Assembly: GCF_000829235.1 (NCBI RefSeq)
Contig: NZ_AP012549.1
Location: 1,830,001-1,862,000 of the forward strand
Length of the DNA stretch: 32,000 bases
Direction: 5' to 3'
DNA from: a cyanobacterium endosymbiont of Epithemia turgida isolate EtSB Lake Yunoko
Lineage (GTDB): Bacteria > Cyanobacteriota > Cyanobacteriia > Cyanobacteriales > Microcystaceae
This document shows positions 18,943 to 27,200 of this stretch, one piece after another. A program made the translations under genes and the position numbers. The notes beneath the pieces were generated by a model. The model did no database searches, was not told where the DNA came from, and saw nothing but the letters and a program-made list of their open reading frames with translations. Numbering within the stretch: position 1 is the stretch's first letter; each line of letters starts with the position of its first letter.

Positions 18943-19083
18943 GACTAATAGTTCACTGTTAACTATTTTTAATTAAATAAAGGAAACCTTAAAGTAGTTT
19001 TTAAAATCTCTATTTCTCTCCCTCCAGTAATTGAGGATATAATTGCCTATCATTTATTAATTTAATTATTATCCATATAAAAT

Positions 19084-19436
19084 TTAATTTTTTTTCCCCT
19101 TCCCAAAATGAAGATCAAATTTAATCTCATAAACTTGATCTTCATTTTCAGTTTCTACTTCTAAGCTAGATCGAGTAGATCGAGCATAACTAACACACAA
19201 TAAAGCATTACCTTTGTCTTTTAATTCCAAAGATAATCCTACAGCTTCAGGTTGATAGACTTTTCCTCAAAAAATACTTGTAGTAGAGACACTGCAAGCT
19301 CTATTTCTACACAAAAAAGCTAATTATCACTATATTCTTCATAGTGTGGAAGAATATAGTGATTATCGAGGACTTCTAAAATGTATTCTTTTCCTTCTTG
19401 ACGATGGTTAATACGAACTGTATGATAACAGGCTAT
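19084..19436 (-). pseudogene. plant-type (PetF-like) [2Fe-2S] ferredoxin relic: start ATG to ATA, frameshift, TAG and TGA stops, third Cys ligand lost
   Basis: Frame A reads (I)ACYHTVRINHRQEGKEYILEVLDNHYILPHYEEYSDN* with TAG at 19320-19322. Frame B reads AFLCRNRACSVSTTSIF*GKVYQPEAVGLSLELKDKGNALLCVSYARSTRSSLEVETENEDQVYEIKFDLHFGKGKKN* with TGA at 19267-19269. The family pattern is YxVxIxH..GxxYxLEVxxDxYIL..AEE.G..LP.SCRAGxCTTCA..I.EGxVDQP.AMGL.PEL..KGYALLCVSYPRSDLxVETxxEDEVY..QFG.YFGKG. Confidence 0.8.
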
Positions 19437-19550
19437 AGTTAAACAAGACAGAGTGCTAGTGACAGTAGGAACAAGCCTAGACCTGATTACAACTCCGCTC
19501 TTTTTCTATGGTAAACTTTTTTACTTTTTTCGTAAATAGTTAAGTTATTA

Positions 19551-19595
19551 AAACATTAATATAAATCAAGTATCTGATTATTTATATTAATGTTT
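19551..19595 (-). terminator. probable intrinsic terminator of lpxC
   Basis: 16-bp perfect stem aaacattaatataaat / atttatattaatgttt with a 13-nt loop, starting 5 nt after the lpxC stop on the minus strand. It runs into a U-rich tail (ttttaataa). The stem is all-AT apart from one G:C pair. Confidence 0.5.
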
Positions 19596-19599
19596 ACTC

Positions 19600-20424
19600 T
19601 TAAGAATTCAACTCTTCTTGGATTGCCATAGCTAATTGAACATGAAGCTTATGACTTGCTTTGTAGGCCAAAAAATGCCCTTGAGGAATGGATCCTAATA
19701 AACTTAAATCCCCAATAAAATCTAATAATTTATGACGGGCAGGTTCATTTTCAAATCTCAAAGGAAGATTTAACCATTTTTCGTGATCACACACCAAGGC
19801 ATTTTCTAGACTCCCTCCCTGAATTAAACCTGCCTTTTGTAGGTTTTTAATTTGATCAGCAAACCCGAAAGTTCTAGCAGGGGCGATTGCCTCTTCAAAA
19901 GATTCTATCCTAGGATTCCAACTGTACCACTGATTGCCAATAGCAGAGTAAGGAAAATCAATTCCATAGGTGAAACGAGTCTCAGACGCAGGTAGCGCAG
20001 CCACAAAAGCATCTCCATCCCTAATCCAAATCGGGGTTAATAAGGGAGAACCGGCGGACAGTGAAGAAGGACTAACACCCCCTTGAATCATCGCTTTAAA
20101 CCATTCTTGAGCAGATCCATCTAACAACGGTACTTCTGGCCCATTAATTTCAATACGAGCATCTTCGACCCCAATAGCGATTAACGTGGATAGAAGATGT
20201 TCAACCGTACGAATGACTACCTTTCCTTGACCTAATTCTGTTGATAAAGTCGTTTGACTAACTGAAGCTACCTCAGCACGAATTATAGGATTTCCTGGTA
20301 AATCTACTCTAACAAAATAGCGACCTTCTCCTGATTTTGCAGGTAGAATACTTACCTGCGTTTTTACCCCAGAATGTAACCCAACCCCCGATACTGTAAT
20401 AACTTCTTTAACCGTAGAACTCAT
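19600..20424 (-). CDS. lpxC: UDP-3-O-acyl-N-acetylglucosamine deacetylase
   Basis: [19 protein letters not shown]...TVEHLLS...[10 protein letters not shown]...ASHKLH are LpxC signatures. I prefer ATG 20424, preceded by gtgaggataatt (an SD-like GAGGA), over the track's TTG at 20445. Confidence 0.9.
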   Translation of the reverse strand: MSSTVKEVITVSGVGLHSGVKTQVSILPAKSGEGRYFVRVDLPGNPIIRAEVASVSQTTLSTELGQGKVVIRTVEHLLSTLIAIGVEDARIEINGPEVPLLDGSAQEWFKAMIQGGVSPSSLSAGSPLLTPIWIRDGDAFVAALPASETRFTYGIDFPYSAIGNQWYSWNPRIESFEEAIAPARTFGFADQIKNLQKAGLIQGGSLENALVCDHEKWLNLPLRFENEPARHKLLDFIGDLSLLGSIPQGHFLAYKASHKLHVQLAMAIQEELNS

Positions 20425-20867
20425 AATTATCCTCACTATTATCAAGGTATAAAAAATAGGACATAATCAATTATTGTTTGTTCAAATCTAATCTCTATTA
20501 CTTAACTTCATATATCATTCTAATACTTCAGCTACTTTTGAGAGTTTTAATTCTTATTCAAGTAAATACAGAGAATAAAAGCTGTATTAGCTGCTAATTG
20601 TCTTTCTCATAGTTCTTTTTCATGGATATCTTGAAAGCATGGAGTTTACTTCAATACATCTAAACTAGAGATGACATTCCCTCTACCTCCTGACAAGTAA
20701 AACGGGATAATTTCTAAAAAATAATCTTTCCATTAATTGAAAAAACTTGAGTTTATTTAAGGTTTTCGTCAACTATTTGAATAAATGAGCCTAAGTTCCT
20801 TATTAATTGCATTTTTTGGCTTATAATTAATCGTACCGTAGCTAACCCAATATAAAATAGATTTATC

Positions 20868-20897
20868 TACTCTAATTTATTTAAATAAATTAGAGTA
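20868..20897. repeat. 30-bp perfect palindrome in the bamA-lpxC spacer
   Basis: tactctaatttattt | aaataaattagagta, centred between 20882 and 20883 on an ATTTAAAT core. Confidence 0.9.
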
Positions 20898-21248
20898 ATT
20901 CTTCCAGATTTTAATCAGTCCCTATATCGTTAAATCTTGGTTGTATCTCCGACGATCAGGATAAATTATATTCTATTGCTAATTATTATCTATAGTGCTT
21001 TTACTCATGGTAAAAAAATAAGCGAGGTAGCAACTGTCTATCAAATAAATTGTTAGTTTTAAATCGAACTTTATAGAAATAAATTGGAATAGTTTTATTT
21101 GACATTTTTAGACAGAAAAACTCCATCAATCCGAAAAGTAAGTTGTTTAACTTTCACCGAATAAAGGTGATAATATTGTCCTCTAATTAAATTAATTTGA
21201 AGTAATTTTAAAAAAATCAAGGGGAAAATAATAAAATCTAGTTTTTCA

Positions 21249-23675
21249 TCAAAACCTTTCCCCAATACCAAAGTGGAGGCGGGAATCTCCCTCATTATTA
21301 ACTCCATAGTCAACCCGAATCGGTCCAACTGGTGATTGAATGCGAACACCAAGGCCGTAACCATAACCATCACTAGGCAATCCTCGAATTGTGCCTGGAA
21401 AGCCTTTTACTGAGCGTTGAGACTTAATTGTTGTCCCATAGTCAATAAAGAGAGCTGCTCCAACTGCTGGAATGATAGGAAAGCGGTATTCTGCTGTTGC
21501 TTGAAAATAACTACGTCCATTTCCTAATTCTCCTTCATCGTAACCTCGCACTGAGTTACTTCCCCCAATGACAAAGGCTTCATAAGGAGGTAAATCTTCG
21601 AAAACTGTCCCTGCTTGAAAATTAAAGGCTAATGCTTGAGGTTTTGGCTGATCCTCAGCAATAAAGCCTAAATCAATAAAATCTACAGGGATATAGTGAC
21701 TATAGCTTCCTCGTAATCGGGTAAAGAAAATACTGCCTGAACCTACGGGTATAGTTTGTTCGACTCCCAAACGTAACAGATGACCACTCGTAGGACGTAA
21801 GGGATTGTTACGAAAGTCCTGAGAAGCTCCAAAACTGATAGTAAACAGGTCATCTTTTCCATTATCACTAAAGGCTAAGGGTTGAGAGGGAAAACCATTA
21901 AGAGGGGCTGACAAAGCCGCAATATCACCCTCCGCATTTTCCACTTGAACCCGTTGATAGTTGAAACCTAGGGAAGTTCGCCAATCGGGTACACTAAAGG
22001 CATCATCTGCCAAAGGACGTACAAAAGTTACTCCACCCCCAGTCCGAACTACCCGTGGACTATCAAAGTCGTTGAGGGTTCTAATCGAAGAATGATCTCC
22101 ATCAAAGACTAGAGAAATAGTCCGTCTACGAAATCCATTAACCGTATAAGCAGTACGAAAAGGATCACCGGCAATCCAAGGATCGGTGAAATTGACATCG
22201 AAGAGTAATTCACGTTCTCCAACTTGAACCTCACCCCCAATAGTTTGGTTATTTCCTCCTAGGTTTTGCTCTTGATAACTGAATGTTCCAAACAGTCCGC
22301 TAGTGGAACTAATACCAGCTCCCGCAGCCAGAGATCCTGTATTTCCTTCTACTACATCTACATTAACAATAACTTCTCGCGGATCTTCCCCAGGGCTAAA
22401 AGAAATTCTGACATCTTCGAACAACCCTAAACTAAAAACTCTTTGCAAATCAGTTTGAGCGATTCTGCGGTTAAAAACATTCCCTGGTTCGAGTTGCATC
22501 TCACGAGTCACAATAAAAGAGCGTGTTCGACCATTAATGGGTTCATCCTCTGCGTCGAAAAATCTCACTTGTACGTCTTGAATTACCCCTTCAGATACCA
22601 CTAAGGTTACAATTCCATCATCCCCAACTTTAGGAGAACCAATAACTTGAGCTAGATCATAGCCTTGTTCAGAATACCATTCATTAAGTTTTTGGATACC
22701 GTTTTGTAATTCCCTTAGGTTAAGAATTGTTCTATACTGATCCCCAAAAATATCCTTAACAACTTCAGGAGGTAATGCTCTAGCTTCCTTATCTGTGCCT
22801 GTTTCTACGACAACTTCACTCAGAGTTGGGTTAGCTTGCACATCGAAGGTAATGCGTACCCCTAAAGGTGTATCGGTAGGGGTAACTTTAACATTAGAAA
22901 AGAATCCAGTGGCATAAATTGCATTGACATCCTCTTGCAGCAGAGAGCGAGTAGCTGTTCGTCCTGGCCTAGTTTGAACAGTGTTATAGACTAGATTTCC
23001 TAGGTCCTCGTCAACGCCACTGACTAAAACTTCTACTACTAAAACCCTGGGTTCTTCCCCTGATATTTCTTCAATTAAAGGACTATCTGACGAGGATGGT
23101 TCAATAGGAGTCGGTATTTCTTCTGGGGTTGGTAATTCCTCCGTTTCGGGTAATTCCACCTCAGATACTTCAATTCGTTTTTGAGTATCCGTTGAAGAAG
23201 TTAAATCTACCGCAGTCATCTTTTTTAACTTGGAAACCAAGGGGGTTCTCTGCTCTAAGACTGGTGAACTCTGAAAGTCTAAATCTTCTGAGGTTACAGG
23301 CATTATTAATGCCGGAGTTTCTTGAGAAACAGCTGAATAATTAGCCTTTAAATCTGTCCTAGAAGTTACATCGTCTGTCCTAGAAGTTACATCGTCTGTC
23401 CTAGAAGTTACATCGGTTGCCGTCACGTTTTCCAATATAGAAACCGACTTAGGTGCTAGTACAGCCCCCTCCAGCATGATGGACTTAGAGCCCATCATGC
23501 TCACTATAGTCTCTGAATTCTCCTCTTTGATAGTTGTTTCAATTAGAGGAACTATAGTTTCTCCCCTAATAGACTGGGCCAGGTTTAACATAGTGGCAGT
23601 CACAAAAGGAACTACCACCATAGGAGATAACCGTAATTTTTTAATCTCGTTTGACACTTCCACACACCCAATCAA
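21249..23675 (-). CDS. bamA: outer membrane protein assembly factor BamA / cyanobacterial Omp85
   Basis: 808 aa. It has an N-terminal Pro/Glu-rich linker (ELPETEELPTPEEIPTPIEP), POTRA repeats and a C-terminal 16-strand beta-barrel ending ...RLHFGIGERF with a terminal aromatic residue. The start is uncertain (alternative Met at MVVVPFVTATMLNLAQS). Confidence 0.9.
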   Translation of the reverse strand: MIGCVEVSNEIKKLRLSPMVVVPFVTATMLNLAQSIRGETIVPLIETTIKEENSETIVSMMGSKSIMLEGAVLAPKSVSILENVTATDVTSRTDDVTSRTDDVTSRTDLKANYSAVSQETPALIMPVTSEDLDFQSSPVLEQRTPLVSKLKKMTAVDLTSSTDTQKRIEVSEVELPETEELPTPEEIPTPIEPSSSDSPLIEEISGEEPRVLVVEVLVSGVDEDLGNLVYNTVQTRPGRTATRSLLQEDVNAIYATGFFSNVKVTPTDTPLGVRITFDVQANPTLSEVVVETGTDKEARALPPEVVKDIFGDQYRTILNLRELQNGIQKLNEWYSEQGYDLAQVIGSPKVGDDGIVTLVVSEGVIQDVQVRFFDAEDEPINGRTRSFIVTREMQLEPGNVFNRRIAQTDLQRVFSLGLFEDVRISFSPGEDPREVIVNVDVVEGNTGSLAAGAGISSTSGLFGTFSYQEQNLGGNNQTIGGEVQVGERELLFDVNFTDPWIAGDPFRTAYTVNGFRRRTISLVFDGDHSSIRTLNDFDSPRVVRTGGGVTFVRPLADDAFSVPDWRTSLGFNYQRVQVENAEGDIAALSAPLNGFPSQPLAFSDNGKDDLFTISFGASQDFRNNPLRPTSGHLLRLGVEQTIPVGSGSIFFTRLRGSYSHYIPVDFIDLGFIAEDQPKPQALAFNFQAGTVFEDLPPYEAFVIGGSNSVRGYDEGELGNGRSYFQATAEYRFPIIPAVGAALFIDYGTTIKSQRSVKGFPGTIRGLPSDGYGYGLGVRIQSPVGPIRVDYGVNNEGDSRLHFGIGERF
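23353..23415 (-). repeat. 3 x 21-bp perfect tandem repeat inside bamA (encodes TDDVTSR x3)
   Basis: The unit tctgtcctagaagttacatcg repeats three times without mismatch (23353-23373, 23374-23394, 23395-23415). It is in frame, in the N-terminal linker region VTATDVTSRTDDVTSRTDDVTSRTDL. Confidence 0.95.
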
Positions 23676-23807
23676 GCTACAGCGTTGTTTATTGTATTTA
23701 TATTTTTGTTATTGACTCAATATAGCTGACAGAGTGCCTAAGCAACCGAGCTAAATTATCGAATCTAGTGACCAGAGCTACTCGCAAAGGTTCCAATACC
23801 AGGGACT

Positions 23808-24533
23808 TTATCTGATACCTAATTTTTCTAAAACCCTTTGTCTAACCTGCTGGTAGGCTGCTTCTACTTTTCCTAAGTCGTGCCGAAATCGATCTTTATC
23901 CAAAACTCTATCTCGGAGACTTTTTGTTTGTTGATCCCACAAACGACAGGTATCAGGGCTAATTTCATCAGCTAGAAGGAGGTTTTCTTGAGGATCTAAA
24001 CCAAATTCTAATTTAAAATCTACTAAGGTAATCTGGCAACTAGCAAAAAACTCTGTCAAATATTGATTGATTTTCAAGGCTATAGACTGAAGTTGTTCAA
24101 CTTGTTTTTGAGAAGCTAATTCCAAGAGAAGTAGACGATCACTGGTTAATAATGGATCTCCAAGTTCATCGTTTTTTAAATAAAATTCCACTAGAGGAAA
24201 GGGTAATATTTTACCTTCGATTAAGCCTGTTTGTCGGCACAGACTACCTGCAGCAATATTTCTAACAACTACTTCAATTGGGACAATTTTGACGGCACGG
24301 ATGCGCATTTGAGAATGAGCAGGTTGATCAATAAAATGAGTAGCAATATCCTTAGATTCTAGCCACTTGAATAAAGCTGAAGAAATTTGACAGTTTATTT
24401 CTCCTTTTCCCGGTATTATGCCTCTTTTTAAGGAATTAAAGGCTGTTACATCATCTTTAAATTGAGTAAGAAGAATTTCGGGATGATCGGTAGTATAAAT
24501 AATTTTGGCTTTTCCTTCATAGAGCTTTTTCAT
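23808..24533 (-). CDS. purC: phosphoribosylaminoimidazole-succinocarboxamide synthase
   Basis: 241 aa starting MKKLYEGKAKIIYTT. VVRNIAAGSL and LADEISPDTCRLWD are typical SAICAR synthetase motifs. Confidence 0.95.
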   Translation of the reverse strand: MKKLYEGKAKIIYTTDHPEILLTQFKDDVTAFNSLKRGIIPGKGEINCQISSALFKWLESKDIATHFIDQPAHSQMRIRAVKIVPIEVVVRNIAAGSLCRQTGLIEGKILPFPLVEFYLKNDELGDPLLTSDRLLLLELASQKQVEQLQSIALKINQYLTEFFASCQITLVDFKLEFGLDPQENLLLADEISPDTCRLWDQQTKSLRDRVLDKDRFRHDLGKVEAAYQQVRQRVLEKLGIR

Positions 24534-24698
24534 TTGTTGTTTATCCTTATTAGTAGTCGGCGAGTCGTTTTTGGCTATAGTATTTCGCTGTAAAGATTTT
24601 TCTTAATTTTGACTCAATACAGTTTATTTAAGTTTTAATTGACGGGAGTTTTTTTTGCTTATCATCTGTTGCCAACTTCAATAATAGTTACCCTATGG

Positions 24699-24803
24699 AT
24701 GAAAGACTATGACTCTCTATTTTTAGGAAATGGGCATGGAGAAACACATTAGAGTCTACCTCACAAAAGTGATAAATGCTACACTTTAGTTCAGAAACGT
24801 TAA
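24699..24803 (+). pseudogene. N-terminal relic of an FAD/NAD(P)-binding oxidoreductase (CrtI/phytoene-desaturase-like Rossmann start)
   Basis: M K D Y D S L F L G N G H G E T H * S L P H K S D K C Y T L V Q K R * resembles MxxYDVVVIGAGHNGLxxAxYLAKAGYKVLVLEKR. It has an in-frame TAG and then a TAA. The rest of the gene is not recognisable. Confidence 0.35.
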
Positions 24804-25354
24804 AGATGAATTTGATCATCGAGTCAACTATGGAAAGAAAAGCAACTAGTATTTTTGAATTAATTTAAGTTTATTAATGGCTTTCAACTTGGATAGTCGT
24901 AGAAGCTATGTTCTATAAACTCGTTGTAGTGTTTAAAAAATTAAATATTTATCAATCAAAATAAATATCGTTACATATTTTTAGTTTAAAAAATTAACAA
25001 ACCTCATGTTAACAAGGGATTCAAAATTACGCCTTAATACTAACAGATATTCATTCAAACTTTACTCATTGATTATCTATGTTCTAACTCACACAACATA
25101 GATAGTTTCTCGTTATCTCGAAGTTCTTATCGAGAAAAATTTATTCCAGAAAACTTAGTTATTAATACTAATCTGTAATAATCTGCCCAACAGGTTAGCT
25201 ATAGTCTTAGAATTGAAAAATACTTGTAAAATTTCTCCACATAAAAAGCTTTTTATCGAATAAAAATTTTTAGAAATAACTTGAATATAGTAAAAAAAAT
25301 AAAATTGTGGACTATTGTTCACAATAGGAGTATTTTAGACACTCATAATGATAA

Positions 25355-25371
25355 GGTGGGCATTGCCCACC
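25355..25371 (-). terminator. probable terminator hairpin of ndhB
   Basis: ggtgggc-att-gcccacc is a GC-rich 7-bp stem lying 18 nt beyond the ndhB stop. On the minus strand it is followed by ttatcattat, a weak U tract. Confidence 0.5.
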
Positions 25372-25388
25372 CCAGCTACTACCGACAA

Positions 25389-26954
25389 TTATTGGTGAGT
25401 TAAATTTGATCTAGTCTCAGGTTTAAAGATTTGGTGATGAATAGTGAAGGATTGTAAAATCGGGGTACTAGTTACCGAATTATCAACCAAAGTCAACAAA
25501 GGATTTGCTAAAATTCCAGCCAAAGAAGTCGCAATCATACTCAAGACTAACCCGACTTGTAGGGGACGCATTCCCGATAGATTCCAGCCAATTTTGGGAT
25601 AATTTTTTACGGCATCGGACATTTCTTGAGGTTCTTTGACCACCATCATTTTCACCACGCGAATGTAGTAATAGATGGAAATTACACTAGCGACTAAAGC
25701 GAGGATAACTAACCCATAAAGTTCCGCTTGCCAACCTGCCCAGAAAATGTAAATTTTTCCAAAAAAGCCAGCTAACGGAGGAATTCCACCTAAGGAAAGT
25801 AAACACATACTTAACCCTAAAGTGAGGAAGGGATCTTTTTGATAAAGCCCGGCATATTCACTGATTTTATCAGTTCCAGTTCGTAGGGAAAAGAGAATAA
25901 CTCCCGTAAATGCTCCCAAGTTCATGAATAGATAGACTAGCAAATAAAACAGCATGCTAGAGTATCCTTTATCCGTACCTGACACTAAGCCAATTATGAT
26001 AAAACCTGCTTGGCCAATAGAAGAATAGGCTAACATCCGCTTCATGCTGGTTTGGGTTAAAGCTACCATATTTCCTAGTAACATACTGAGGATAGCTAAA
26101 GCGGTAAAAATAAGATGCCATTGTTCTTCAACCACAGCAAAAGTAGTCACTAACAGACGAATTGCAAGGGCAAACCCGGCAGCCTTAGAAGCCACAGAAA
26201 GAAAGGCGACAACGGGAGTGGGAGAACCTTCGTAAACATCAGGAGTCCATTGATGAAAAGGAACTGCAGAAATTTTAAAGGCAATTCCGGCAATGACGAA
26301 GACTAAGGCAATGATTATCCCTAAAGACTGTTCTCCGCCGAGATTGGCAATGTTAGTAGCAATCGCATTGAGGTTAGTTTCTCCCCCTGATAAACCATAG
26401 AGAAGAGAAAGCCCATACAGAAAAATAGCTGAACTAGAAGCCCCAATTAAAAGGTATTTTAAAGCTGCTTCATTGGAACGAGGGTCCCTTTTCATATACC
26501 CTGTCATTAGATAAGAGGAGATACTTAACATTTCTAGGGAAATAAAAATCATCACCAATTCATTAGCCCCAGATAAGAACATTCCTCCTAGGGTAGACGT
26601 TAACATGATGGCGATAAATTCAGCTAAAGATGTCCTTGTTTGTTCTACGTAACGAACTGACATCAGAACAGTCATTAAAGTAGACAGAGCAATAATAGCC
26701 CGAAAAACAATACTAAGGTTATCTCCGTTAAATGACCCTAAAAAACTTATGGGAGTAGCAGTGTCCCAAGAGAAACAAAGGGCAATAAGCGAAGTAAATA
26801 ACCCAAGTATGGCAGCATATGGTAGCCAGGTTCTCGAACTACGACCAAAAATGAGATCCACTACTAAAATAAAGAGAAGAGTAATGATAACAATTCCTTC
26901 TGGCAGAATTGTTTCGGCATTAAGTTGACTGGCAATGTTACTAGAAAAATCCAT
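25389..26954 (-). CDS. ndhB: NAD(P)H-quinone oxidoreductase (NDH-1) subunit 2
   Basis: Polytopic membrane protein starting [23 protein letters not shown]..., as in cyanobacterial and plastid NdhB. I prefer ATG 26954 over the track's GTG 26978, which adds MFFFHHNS encoded by a T run. Confidence 0.95.
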   Translation of the reverse strand: MDFSSNIASQLNAETILPEGIVIITLLFILVVDLIFGRSSRTWLPYAAILGLFTSLIALCFSWDTATPISFLGSFNGDNLSIVFRAIIALSTLMTVLMSVRYVEQTRTSLAEFIAIMLTSTLGGMFLSGANELVMIFISLEMLSISSYLMTGYMKRDPRSNEAALKYLLIGASSSAIFLYGLSLLYGLSGGETNLNAIATNIANLGGEQSLGIIIALVFVIAGIAFKISAVPFHQWTPDVYEGSPTPVVAFLSVASKAAGFALAIRLLVTTFAVVEEQWHLIFTALAILSMLLGNMVALTQTSMKRMLAYSSIGQAGFIIIGLVSGTDKGYSSMLFYLLVYLFMNLGAFTGVILFSLRTGTDKISEYAGLYQKDPFLTLGLSMCLLSLGGIPPLAGFFGKIYIFWAGWQAELYGLVILALVASVISIYYYIRVVKMMVVKEPQEMSDAVKNYPKIGWNLSGMRPLQVGLVLSMIATSLAGILANPLLTLVDNSVTSTPILQSFTIHHQIFKPETRSNLTHQ

Positions 26955-27141
26955 AGAGTTATGGTGAAAAAAAAACACCTAATAGTTAGGTCTAAGAAAT
27001 TATCCGGCTATTTACTCCGGCTTCATCCCTTTGGATCATAATGGACAGAGGGAATTTCGGGCTAGTCTTTAAGGTTGCGTTCACCTTCAGTGCGCCTTTA
27101 GAGATCGTACTTTTGAGGCAATCTTGAACTGATGCGTTATT

Positions 27142-27200
27142 TCTTCAGTAAATCATCTAAAATAATGGTGTTACCATTATTTTAGATGATTTACTGAAGA
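27142..27200. repeat. 59-nt perfect hairpin (28-bp stem, 3-nt loop) upstream of ndhB
   Basis: tcttcagtaaatcatctaaaataatggt - gtt - accattattttagatgatttactgaaga, with arms verified as exact reverse complements. It is followed on the plus strand by tttt. Confidence 0.95.

Noticed and set aside
21095-21373. 92-aa minus-strand ORF overlapping the 3' end of bamA and extending into the spacer.
   Set aside because: It is out of frame with the well-supported BamA C-terminus (...HFGIGERF). It has no recognisable motifs and lies in an AT-rich tail, so it is most likely spurious.
1145-26235. Short track ORFs lying antisense to, or out of frame within, long conserved genes: 1145-1336, 2222-2680, 2421-2765, 2668-2877, 3976-4191, 4842-5150, 5160-5369, 5550-5753, 7890-8090, 10139-10363, 15239-15442, 16264-16503, 23129-23344, 23476-23715 and 26044-26235.
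   Set aside because: Each is fully embedded in a CDS with strong family signatures (leuC, EF-G, metG, lptC-like, hisF, hisZ, bamA, ndhB). Their translations are low-complexity or odd in composition, so they are shadow ORFs.
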